Assembly: GCA_973851085.1 (NCBI GenBank) | Contig: OZ316776.1 | Span: forward strand, 11,346,001 to 11,410,000 | From: Ptychomitrium polyphyllum | Taxonomy: Eukaryota | Length of the DNA: 64,000 nucleotides | Direction: 5' to 3' | Shown: positions 1-11,600 of the stretch, in pieces | How the letters are laid out: each line of letters begins with the position of its first letter | Numbering within the stretch: the first letter of the stretch is position 1 | Program-made: the position numbers and the translations under genes | Notes under the pieces: model-generated | What the model saw: only the letters and a program-made list of their open reading frames with translations | Database searches by the model: none | What the model was told of the DNA's origin: nothing

Positions 1-1915
1 AGTGTGGGGGGTTTGTGGAGTTCTTGGAGTCCTTGGACTTGAACAGTCAGGATCCTCCAATCTATCTACAGTATCGAGAAAAGCCATTTCAGAGCATCGA
101 CAGTCTACGCAGTGTTGATGATTACTCGGGGAAGCAACCCTGTCTATCTCTGACTCCACGCTCGCAGAAAGCTTTCCGGAGCCCCAACCGCGATCCGAAA
201 CAAGCCAACGAGATGGATCCACATTTGTCTGCATAAAATTCTCTGTTCGAAGGACATTGTTGTATTTCTTCATAAGCTGTAGAATGTGAAGAGTGACAGA
301 TTCCTTCCGGCGATCTTCTTCATATCGTGCCTTTTCAAGTAGCCGCTTCAGGGCACGCTTTTCAGCCAAAACCGCATCCGCTGTCACGAGGCCTAGCCGG
401 ATCGCCACTTGACTAAACGTTTCTTCCTCTGCCTCCGGATTCTCATACTGAGGCCCCTTTTGCTTCTGAAGTAGCAAGGATATAATATCAGCCCCTATCT
501 GCTTCTCAGCAGGGTCCAGCTGAAACTGGGTTCGACTCAACTCGGCTTGAAGCTCACCAATCTGGACACATCGACAGCAGACATCAGTTCTACGAGGTGT
601 TCATATCTCGATCGTTTCAAGTACTCGATCACGTGCAGCGGCCCAGACTACACATCAAAGGACCTGTGAAGTCCTACACCCTCAACTATTGATGCTAGAC
701 GGGCCAAGCATGGGAAAGGGCATTGAATGATGTCCCCTTACAGAAGTACATCACATGGAGGAAAAGTACTTGTCGTTACTAGATCTGTTAGACATTATGA
801 TGAGCCAACTGTCGTCGTAATACTCTAACGACCGACAACGTCATCATTCTTTGATCTACTAAACAATGATCACGAGGTGCATGTAGGTAAAAACCTGAGA
901 AGCCAGGTCTTGCGAAACCAAAACGGCAATTCGTCGAAGACTTGTCTCGAGTCCTTCTTTAACCTCCTCAAACCGAGTAAGCATAGATTCGCCTTTAATA
1001 GCCTGCAAAGGTGGCAGTTCAGGACTAGTTGTTGCCAGAATACTCACTTTGATCCCACACGACGCAGGCATATAAGCAAATGATGCACGGTGTGTGCAAG
1101 AGCAAGCTTGAAATTCGGTAGGCACTACCATTTAGGTGTTGAAGCATAAGACTGATAAATGCATGAAGGCCAAACGTAAACTCGATGCAAAAAACAAGCC
1201 AGATGCTTGCCTAAGAAGGAGAAAGACATACCAAATACAACTTGCTAGAATCTGAACAGTACTGCAAGAGCGAGCGAGCTTTGTCAAGGGCTAACTGCAA
1301 TGCACAGAGTGCCTGAATCCCTGCTTTGCGAAACCGTCCACGCTCGGAATCCAGAGAAGGCCCAAAAATGTGCATACGTTTCACAAGCGCAGCTAAGGTT
1401 GCGCACATTTCAGCATGAAGCTGCATAAAATAGAAAACTCAAGTTCAAACTCTAGACATGGTTTAGGACTCCATTAGCACCAAGCAACGGGGCAAATGCG
1501 GCTAGAAACATCAGGTGTCTCGATCTAACTAAAACTAAAATGCATCCAAAATCCTTCCCACAATGAACGACCTGGTATCCAGCAGATTATGATGATCACG
1601 TATTAAAATAATTCGGAAGCATTTCCATCTATTTGTAAGCACAAAAGGCACCCAAGACTACAACACAACAAAGCATACCTGAGGAGGCTTGCCAAAGCTA
1701 GGACCCGGCGAAAATCGAGGGCTTTGCAGGGACCGAGGACTTCCTGCAGAGCGTGGGCTTTCCATGAAACCGGAAGTCTGGATAGAACTCCGCAAAGACC
1801 GAGGACTTCCAACAGAGCGTGGACTATCCATAAGACCAGAGATTTGGATAGGAGTTCTAAGACCCCGAGGACTTCCTACAGAACGTGGACTTTCAATAAG
1901 TCCGGAGGTCTGCAT
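1..1915 (-). CDS. Plant U-box (PUB6/7/45-like) E3 ubiquitin ligase, N-terminal exons; the gene continues past the left edge
   Basis: GT-AG exons at about 1679-1915, 1232-1423, 896-1003 and <1-562 splice in frame to ...LHAEMCATLAALVKRMHIFGPSLDSERGRFRKAGIQALCALQLALDKARSLLQYCSDSSKLYL|AIKGESMLTRFEEVKEGLETSLRRIAVLVSQDLASQ|IGELQAELSRTQFQLDPAEKQIGADIISLL...AEKRALKRLLEKAR. This resembles the N-terminal region of PUB6/7/45 (GIQALCSLHIALEKAK...CSECSKLYLAITG). The U-box itself is outside the window. Confidence 0.85.
1714..1912 (-). repeat. Coding tandem repeat, 3 x 66 bp (22 aa), in the first coding exon of the PUB gene
   Basis: QTSGLIESPRSVGSPRGLRTPI / QISGLMDSPRSVGSPRSLRSSI / QTSGFMESPRSAGSPRSLQSPR; the DNA motif ccgaggacttcc recurs every 66 bp. 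Confidence 0.9.
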
Positions 1916-3914
1916 GGGACTCCGAGGTACGGGACAAGTGTCTATCCTTCCCTCCGCTGTCTGCAGCTCTGTTTATTACCAAAATTCACGAAGTGCTTCA
2001 GAAATTAAGAGCACACTACCGAGATGGTTAATAATTACACACCGTACAAAAATGAAAACAGTTAGGACAACGTTTACATTACTTGAAAGGAGTTGAAGAC
2101 GTACCAAAGTCTGCCATGGCAAATCAGTCAATAGAATCTATATGGCTGATTAGTAACTTCCTGCCGAGAACAAAACAAAGAACCCATTCAGAATGCCATC
2201 TCGAACTAGCGGTGATGCAACGATACTCAACATGCGCCTCGGACCAAAACCAACATACACTACACATTCAAATATCAAAAAACTCTGAAGTGGATTCTCT
2301 TACCTCAGCGATATCCTCTTAAGGACAGAATCCTTTGTAGCAGTCATACCCACCTCCGACACTTTTATGTAAAGCATCGATAAACATTACCGGTATTAGG
2401 TTAGCAACATAGCTTCCCTTCCCTTCCCAAGACACCTCAACTCAACCTACACCTACAATTAAATGTGGAAACCCAACGACGTCCACAGCGCATCCGGAGG
2501 TTCTTCAACGTTGTTACAACAGACAGTCAGAGACAATGCCTGGGTAGCTTCTCCTCTCAACAACTCACAAAAATAGGTGTGCTCAGAAAAGCTCAACTCA
2601 GAGGGTCTAAGGTGTAAGAGATTGGAACTCTGGGGAAAAACGTACAAATGATTGTGACGAAGGGTAGGATTCCTCACTACACGACATAGAAAAGCTTATT
2701 AGCATATGATCTAAAGATTAAACTGCAGGGACTTGCAAAGCCTGCACAAAAAACCAACACGGACGAGTTAGACTAATACATGAGCGAGACTCACACACCT
2801 ATTTCGTTTAGCCATTCTTTCAAAGTGCGAAAGAGAGTAGAACCAATATATACGTCGCACCCTTATGCATAATAACGCAAAGACATAGAGTAGAATATAG
2901 GAATGGTGCCGCAAGACTCCACTCACTAAAAACCTCTGGCAAGCTTATCCGCAATTTCATACATTAGAGTGAAAAAAATTGGAAAGCCTGAATCTACAAC
3001 AGACTTTCGACCGAATTGAAAGGTCTGGGGTAGCCAATCCTGCTAAACCTATAAGGTGTCACATCCAAAAATACCAAAAATTCCAAACAATTCAAACTGC
3101 CAAACCTCCCTTAACACGAGGATCATCAGTTATATTTTCAAAGCTCTCATGCCACTAAAGCCTTTAAATCCGTCCTCGTATTCTGATGCACCCTCGTTCG
3201 ACCTCCTGGAGCGTCATTTCAAGTCTCACTCCCAACCGCACATCGTCTCAATCGGTCCTTAAAGAAGCTCGCCAAGGATCAAGACGCAGAAGAAAATCAA
3301 GAAGAGCCAGAGCAACCTACCACACCTTCTAGAACTCCTTGGAACACGAGGCGATACTTCTACGGATAGACAACAAGAACGCTACTGCCAACTACTCACT
3401 TAATTAAAAAAGAACCCACAACCCCAGAATTGACAGCGAAGACCAATCTCTCTCAATATTTCTCAAAACCAACCACCAATTGCGCACACCAACTCACCCA
3501 TGCACCCTGCTTCCCTCCCAACACAAACACCCTAATCATCATCGCCAAAGCTGCGATTCCACCAACATCGGAAACGGCTCCGAAATCAAACACTCCCGAA
3601 CTACACTACCCATTCCAGTCGATGGTTTCAAAGACGGTTCTCAACGAAGACCCGCACCTTCGAGAGCAGAATCCCGGACCTCCAAACAACGACGCCGCCG
3701 TCTCCGTAGTGCTCTCTCCTCTCCACATGAAACGCCTCCACGTTAGGCAATCCCAAACCAACACACAGATGGGAAGTGATGACCCTGGGCCAACGACAAC
3801 AGCGACCGTTTCAACGTCGCACTCCAACCAGCAGAACTCGTGGCATGGGGCGCATGCTGCCCCCTCCACTCCTCATGGCAGCGTTGAAGTCTATGTGTTG
3901 GAGTATGTGTGCTG

Positions 3915-4345
3915 CTGCTCTCTTTCCCTTTCTGTGTGTCTCTCTCTGTATGTGCCTCTGTGCGTCTCTGTCTGTCTCTGTCTGTGAGAGGGTGTCAGTT
4001 CAGTTAGATTGTGTAAAACCTCGCTGGGAGCAAACTCCGGAGAGTCCTGCAAAGTGAGACATCACTAGAGCTTCACTGCTGTAAGCGGAGTGCGAGTGGC
4101 GGACTTCTGTGAGGGAGAGCTATGGGGAATGGAGTGGAACATAATATGGCCCTTTGCCATCCCCTGCGCATACACGCTTCCTTCACTCGCACCCCGCGCT
4201 GCTCTCTCTCGCTCTCGCTCTCGCGCTCTCTCGCGCTGCCATCGCCTTCACCTTGCCTTGCTTTGCCTTCGCCGGCCTCTTTTCCTTTCGCTTTCTTTCC
4301 TCTTTTTCTTTCTCTTTTTCTTTCGCTGTCTTTTTCTCCGCTCTC
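3915..4345. repeat. CT/GT-rich low-complexity and microsatellite tracts in the probable promoter/5' leader of the PUB gene
   Basis: (ct)n, (tg)n and ctcgct tracts; the ORFs called here are low-complexity artefacts. Confidence 0.6.
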
Positions 4346-7300
4346 TTTATGACCGATACGTGCTTCGGGGTCCTTCTGAATGGGCTCTGCCAAGGATGGT
4401 TGTTCTAGGGACTAATAAGATTGTTGCGTTTGTTGGCCCTTTCCCTTCATCTTTTTCTTAGTCTTCACCCCTCTTTGAACGCCCTCTATAAATGGAATAA
4501 TTTTATTGTTCAAAAGTACATGCCATAGTCTTGAGATCCAATTGAGAAATTTGTTGAATTGTTGAATTGAAAATGTTGTTTTCGCAATAAATTTTCATTT
4601 CTAAAAGTTTTATTAGGTTTTATTGAAAAATAGAATATGAAACCACTACTGTCAAAGGCTTGTTCTATTGAAGGGAGTTTGTGCCCTAAATAACCAAATT
4701 AGAGTCATATTTTTATTCATACTATCACATGCCTTTAATATCATTTATTGTAGATTTAATTTAATTTTAAAAAAAATCAAAACAAACAAAACATCATTTA
4801 TTGAAGACTTTTCATTTCCTACTATTTAAGATCATAATGAACTCCTTCAATTGCTAAAGAATGTTACAAATTTTTGTATGATGTTTTTCTTTTTATTTAT
4901 ACATGTAATTTAACCAAGATACTCAATTATACAAAATGTTGAACAAAGTTTAATACTCCAAGGAAAACGCAGCATTCTTCTAATACCGTTCATCATGATG
5001 TAGAGTCATTTGGCTAAAGTAAGTTAAGGAAGCCTACACCTACCCAAAACCATCAACATCACTAAAATTTTTATTGAAATTTAGAAACTTATGTAGTCTT
5101 CAACAGAGAATGTTGGTTTCGGGTGCAATGACGGTTTAGAGTATGTAGCTGGTTTCAGAACACTCACCATGGGCACTAAAACGAACTTAGGCTTTGAGGG
5201 GGAGGGTTCCTGAACGGATACATATTCCAGGTCAATCGGGTATTGGGTTTGGTAAAATCGGGATCTCATTTGGTCTGTTGAATATCCCTTTGTCGTTTCT
5301 GAAGAGGACATGGAGGTTTATTGGTTTAGTAATTGGGAGCCCCTTTTCCGGAAGATGGAATTTAGTGTTACTCCCAAGCTTTGCAAAAGAGAAAGTTGCA
5401 GTCATGGAACACGAAATGCACATTGCATTTCCCTTTGTTCACATGGTATGAACAGATGGCAATGTGTAGGGTGGCTTTACAGGTACTCCAGGAGAGAGGA
5501 AATTCTAAAGATGTGAGTTGTTGGAAGTTGTCGTTTAGAGCTTTTCACTACACTAAGGGAGAATAACACACTTGCTTGAAATAAAATATTAGGCTTCTGA
5601 ACCCTTCAGGTCCGTTGCTATCACAAAATGGTTGCCAAATGTTGAAATACTAGGAACTCATAATAATTAGTGCTGGACGTGTGGGCTTGATTATGTTTGG
5701 GACCGGATCTGATTAACTCATCCTGCTACAGGGCTTCCAATACTTGAGTAACACGTGTGCAAATTGAGGGGGTTTTCATTTATGGTGTACAATGCTTGTC
5801 GAGAAATGCTTGTGCACTTGGAGATTTCGAACAATGGGGCTTCCCTATAATGTTCACAATTCCCAATCTGAAGATGAGTGACTTTGGCTCTTACATTGTT
5901 TGAAAGAAGTTGATACAAAAAATCACAATGTATTTAATGTAAAACATACATTAGGTACTTTCCAAAGGATACTCTTGTAACATTGTCATTTTTTATTTTT
6001 TATCAATTTTGAATGAACTTTGAAGATCATGACTATTCTTTATCTGTGATTTTATAAAGATTTTCATTACTCACACCATGTATAAATCATATGTTTTAGA
6101 TAAACTTCATTTTTTTATCACCTAAGTTTCAAATTATTTTCATTGTAAAAATTCCAAGATTCTAGTGCAAGCATGTTTGTCATTTATGACCTCCAAGTCA
6201 AGCAATTCATTGAGAATTGTAAGTGAAGTATTCAACCAAGTGTAATACAAAGCATTTGTTGTCAAATAGGATGTATTAATTTATTATTATAATAAAATCT
6301 ATGCAATGATTTATTTTAGTAATTTTTGCATAGTAGGATTGTCAAATAGTTTGTATATTAAAATTGAGCCTTAAAATGGTGGAATTTTAAAAAGAAAACT
6401 TTTTTAAAATATTCAAATAAAAACCTAGATATTTCAAAACAAATCATGGAACCAAAAGGATCATATGCAATGCCATTTTTGCTACATTCAACATTGTTTT
6501 GTTTTCATTTTGTACCCTATAATAATTCTAATTCCATCCCATACTTCTACAATAAAATTGAGTAGAAATGATTGTGTTATTTTTTGTGCACATATTTAAT
6601 TTTGAATTATATGAATGGTACCATGAATTTGGAGGTGGTCTTTTTGATGAAATAATAAGAAACAATTTTATTGATAAAAAAGAAGAAGCCAAAAATCCAC
6701 TTAATTTCACATTTTTTTTTTGTTACATTCTCACTTTTTGTTTTTAGAATAGCTTTAGATAGGCTCCTACAATTTAGTACTTCAAACACCAACATGTCTT
6801 GTATAATTTATAAATAATTATATTTTTTCTCCTATAATTGAAAAAGTTCAAATTTGAAGAAAAATACATTCTTATTATTTTGTACCAAAACAAGGTTTTG
6901 GGTTGAAATTTCGTTTCATGTTTCCAATAATGCAAAGTCGCCTATGGAATACTATGCAAAAATGCATCGGACTTGCTCAAGTACAAGGTACCACATAACA
7001 GGAAGAAGTGGGGAGTAGGTACTAGGGACGTTTATTGGATAGCCTTAGCAGGCCAGGACTGCAAGGTGGTATGATATGCATTGGGATCCTCTCAAGTCCA
7101 TCTCAATAGGAATAAATGAACATCACCTCAAGTAATGGCTTTCAGTTTGTACTTTGTACACTACACAGTTTGTGAACTCTTTCAAGTTCCTTCTCATTAC
7201 TATGGAACTTGAGAGGCTATGTAGTCTGATAATAACTTACACACTGATGTATCCACATATTTCAATTCTTGGATACTTTCCATCTCATCAATTAAAACCC

Positions 7301-7693
7301 AACTGGACAACCATCTCATCAATCACCATATGCAATAGTCAGGTTTGGCAAAGACAAGTTTCTAAACACTTGCCAAATTTATGGGATGTTATTTTTTTAG
7401 TTTTATTTTTGCACAAGAAAAAGATAGATTAAATGAAACGTCTGATATGTTGAATATTGAATATTGATTTTGAAAAGTATTAAAATTTTGACACAAACAT
7501 GCTGAACCTGACCCTTATATTGTATACAACGGGCTTACAAGTATAAACTTAAAAGAAACTGGAAGCAATAATGTTCGTAACATAAGTTGTTGTGTTGCAT
7601 GGAGTTTGTGTAGTGTAGTTGACCTATAAATGAGGGTCCTTGGCAACTTGGCAACTATAACAGTTCAATTTACACCACGTAACCTATGCTCAC

Positions 7694-8642
7694 CTTTGAA
7701 ATACTCACCTTCAAACTCTATCCCAGGCTCCATTCCCGAGATACCATTCTCCAGACTCCATGCCCCTTTTCTGCACTACCTCAAAGTTCAGGCCAAGAAA
7801 TATTCAAAATCAGGGGCTGAAGGCTCTCACCCAGGTTTGTGAGGATGGTTCCAACTTCCAGCAGTATGATGTCATCTAAGTTCAAACAAGCGTGCTGGCC
7901 TTTAAAGATAAACTGCCATAGAGTTGAATGTGGCATTCATTCCGTCTGATATTCTTCATTTTTGATGCCTAATTAACACTTTCTAACACAATTGTATGTA
8001 CATTACAGGAAGTACATAATAGTGTAGATATTCACAACAAAAAAAAATTGATCTTCCAAAATCAAACTGAATAATGTGCTTGTAAAATAACTGTTACTTT
8101 GAATCCAGGTCAATTGTGCACACATCATAGGGCTTTGAGAAGGATAGACTTACCACTCATACTGTAGCTTGTATTATTTTTATGCAAATCTGAGGTAGAT
8201 TACTGTTTGGCATCCAATTATGTTACCTTGATTATCACTATTTTGATTATCACCAAACAAAATGCAAATGGCACTTTGCTGAGTTTGGTTGTTGGCTAAT
8301 TTTAACTATGCAGAACGTTCTTCTGTTGCAAGGGTTATGACGTGCCCAGTGCCCATCACAAATCCAGAATGAATAGAAGTTAGAAGCCTGTCTAGCGTCC
8401 AGACTTTGTAGAGAGTGGCATATGGGTTTGTGGCTCAACTTCCTTCCACAGGAAGAATGACGGATCAGAAGTCAACTTGAACCAGAATCATTGGAGCGCT
8501 GAAAGGAGTTTCATGACCAATGATTCATGAACAGCAACATAAAGTTGATTGATGGTAATATGCTTGAAAAGCAATGACCATGGAGACGTCACTCAAATGT
8601 ACCTTCACCAAGAGATGGTTAAGTTACATCAGAACCCTCAAC
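7694..8642 (-). pseudogene. Probable decayed exons of an unidentified gene
   Basis: Segment 8154-8642 (489 nt) is bounded by ttag and gtaag. Segment about 7694-7968 is bounded by ttag and gtgag. They join in a compatible phase (TG|G), but the frame has several in-frame stops and no recognised homolog. Confidence 0.35.
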
Positions 8643-11600
8643 CTAAGTGAATGTTTGTTGGCTGTTCATGTTTTGGAATGAGAATCATGCTTTTGGCGTT
8701 GAGAATCATAAAAGGTTACAACCTCTGCACAAATCTGAGAGTGGAGCAAGGACACTCTGGATGTAGCATTGCAACATGAGTATTAATTTTCATTCAATTT
8801 TTGAAATATTTCATGTACAATTGAAGAGAAGAAAAAAGTTACAATATAAATGTAAAATAGATGTAAAATATACGTTAATATAATTATATATATAAGCAAC
8901 ATAGATGTAAAATAGAATCTATACAATAGAAGAGAAGAAAAAAGTTACAATGCTAATTAACTTGTTCTTTGCCTACTTTCATTTTTGGATTTATGTTCTC
9001 AATGGTGTCTTGGTAAAAAAAAATACATTTATAAGAAACTTATCTTAATCTTTAGAAGGTTTTTGAAAATTGTAGGGCCGCTAGTATATTCTAACATTTG
9101 TTGTTAATAGGAAGTTCCAAGCTCAAACCTCAATAGTTTTCAATACCACATTGACATCGATTACAACTTAGTTTTAACCTCAAACCTATTCAAATTGTAA
9201 AACCAATCCAAATATTGCAAATTTGAAAGACAAGTGCCTACAAAGGGCCTTTTATCATTTAAATGATTATTGAAATGAGACATTATATTATAAACAAGGC
9301 ATGAATTTAGTTTGATGACTTTGATGCACATAATTCTTTAATCTCCAAATGAATTATAATTTAATAATAAAATTGTGCCTTTAGGAAATAGAACCATTCC
9401 TTCAACAAAGAGTGTCTGGAAGGTGTTTAGAGGGGTTAGAAAGTTAAAAAGCATTACCAATTATTTTCCTGTTTTTTTTTTTTTTTTTTTTTCCTCCAGA
9501 AAGATTCACACACAAGATATATTAATGGAAGATTTAATGCAAGTTAGGCGAAAAATAAACTAAGCACTGTAATCAGCTGTAGGCATTGTGTCAAGCAGGC
9601 ACCATACCGAACAACAGAATCCTCAACAAGCAGCCCAACTCTTAATGTTCAAACATCGCCACTGTCCAAATTGGCCACTTGGATCAGCAAAACCTAATTT
9701 AGTGCATCAAACATACATTTTAGTCAACCTTTCTAATGCAATCCTTACTTAAATTGTCTCACTGATGTGTTGGAATTGTCGGCTTGTAAGAATAATTAGT
9801 ATTTAGTGAGAAATACAAATAACGTTTGGATTTTATTGAAACTCAATCAGCTTCTAATCATCTATGAATCCATGAGTTTTTATCAAAGTAAACTTTCCTT
9901 AAGAGTGCGTTGAATGATAAAAGTTAGCAAATTTTTAATTCATTCCATGAGTCTAGATTAAGAAGAAATGAAAAGAGAAAAAGGGAAGTGTTTCTTAGTG
10001 ATCCACCTTAGGATTCGTTTTTAAAATGATAGATGGATTGGGCGGTGCACTTTTTCATTTTTTGATTACTGCTTTGCTTTTTAATATTTACGTTTAATTT
10101 TGGTTTAGTGGGTGGATTATAATGATGACAATGGATGATGGTATGTGAACAGAAGAATAACGTTGAATCAGAAGTTTGTAATTGCTACCAAATGCCCTTA
10201 TTAGTATAATGAATGTGCTTAGTTCTTCCTTCAATAATATTGTGTTTTAGAAGGATGAAGTTCCATATTGCTCAAAAATGTCATGCCCACAAACAACTTA
10301 CTCTAATATGTAAAATGAATTAATCTAAACGAAATTAAAAAAGAATGGATAAACAATTATGGCTCCCCAGGAAGCAATATAAATGACTATGATTATTGAG
10401 GTTGCCCAACAACCTATGCAGCGTCATGCTCCTCTCACCATGTCTGATGAATCTCAAATGAAAGGAAGAAAAACTCCCCAAAGAAGAAATGGAAGAGAAG
10501 GGGTTGTAGCTTGTGACCAGTTGTTCCTTGCAATATGGACATTTTTGTTTAACTTTTAGCGTTGATTATATGGAACACTGAAACTTGAAAGCGTTCCTAT
10601 GAACCCAATCATCTGTGTACATCAAGGGAGTTAGCCCTCTGTGTACTTAATCAGTGGAACATATCAGCCGAGTTACTTGGGCGTATTTACTGGTAACTCT
10701 AGACATACGATGACACGTGGCGTGGGACGCAGTTACTGTAGTGCCAAATCTGTTCGAGTTTTTATTGCCTGTCAGCCGAGACAGCTGCTAAAATAATGCT
10801 CAGGGTTAGAAGGGTGCAGAAATGGTGTTTTGAAATCTCGAACAGATCCACTCCCCAGAACGATCCTAATTTTGAGATGATACTTGTCAGCTCAGGCATA
10901 TCTTGAGGACCCAACCTTCGTTGATTCATCTCGCTAACCAAGGAAATTTCTGACAGCATTCTAGGTGCCAAGTGAAAGGTAGTTGGCATTCTAGGGGTCC
11001 ACAAACTCTGAGCGTGTCATTTCCAGCTGACCATGAAACTCCCCATATTACTTTTCAACGCTCTAGGACAGCGCTGGTGGGCCCGACGGTGAACCCAACA
11101 GTGGAGCCAAGTTGTGGAGCAATGCGACCAGTGTGTGCAGTTTTGAACTAACATGGTGATGGATGGTTTCCAGGTGTGAAAACAACCGACTTCATGCCAA
11201 AATATAGCCCAAAGAAGAATAGTTTTATCACTTTATAGTAAACATCCTCACGTCCTCTTGATATGGAAGGAACGTAAAAACTCTGTGTGCAGTTGTGAGA
11301 CAATCCAAAACAAGATATTGTCATTGCTTTTCCATGTGTCTACAGATCTCTAGATCTTTCATTAAGGTTCTAACTCCATGGTCTATAGAGAGAAAGGTAT
11401 TGTTTGTTTATAGCAATGTATTGTAGCATTTAAGTTTAGAGGAAATGAAAAGTAAGTGCATGGTAAAAAGGAAGGTAAATGGGTAGACTTTTTTGATAAA
11501 TCTAACAAAAGTCTAAATGTTTCTAAACCAAAATCTAAACCTTGAAGGTTTGATTTATGAAAGTTATTAATACTCCAATCATTGGACAGTTTAGTGATAA

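Noticed and set aside
1689..2096. Plus-strand 135-aa repeat ORF (RGLPTERGLS)
   Set aside because: It is the antisense shadow of the SPR repeat exon; the minus frame splices into a conserved gene.
3430..4461. ORFs of 76-185 aa
   Set aside because: They overlap microsatellite and low-complexity leader/promoter sequence of the PUB gene and show no recognisable protein features.
8816..8951. About 30-bp direct repeat (tacaat.gaagagaagaaaaaagttacaat) with short internal duplications
   Set aside because: Local slippage duplication in AT-rich DNA, with no sign of function.
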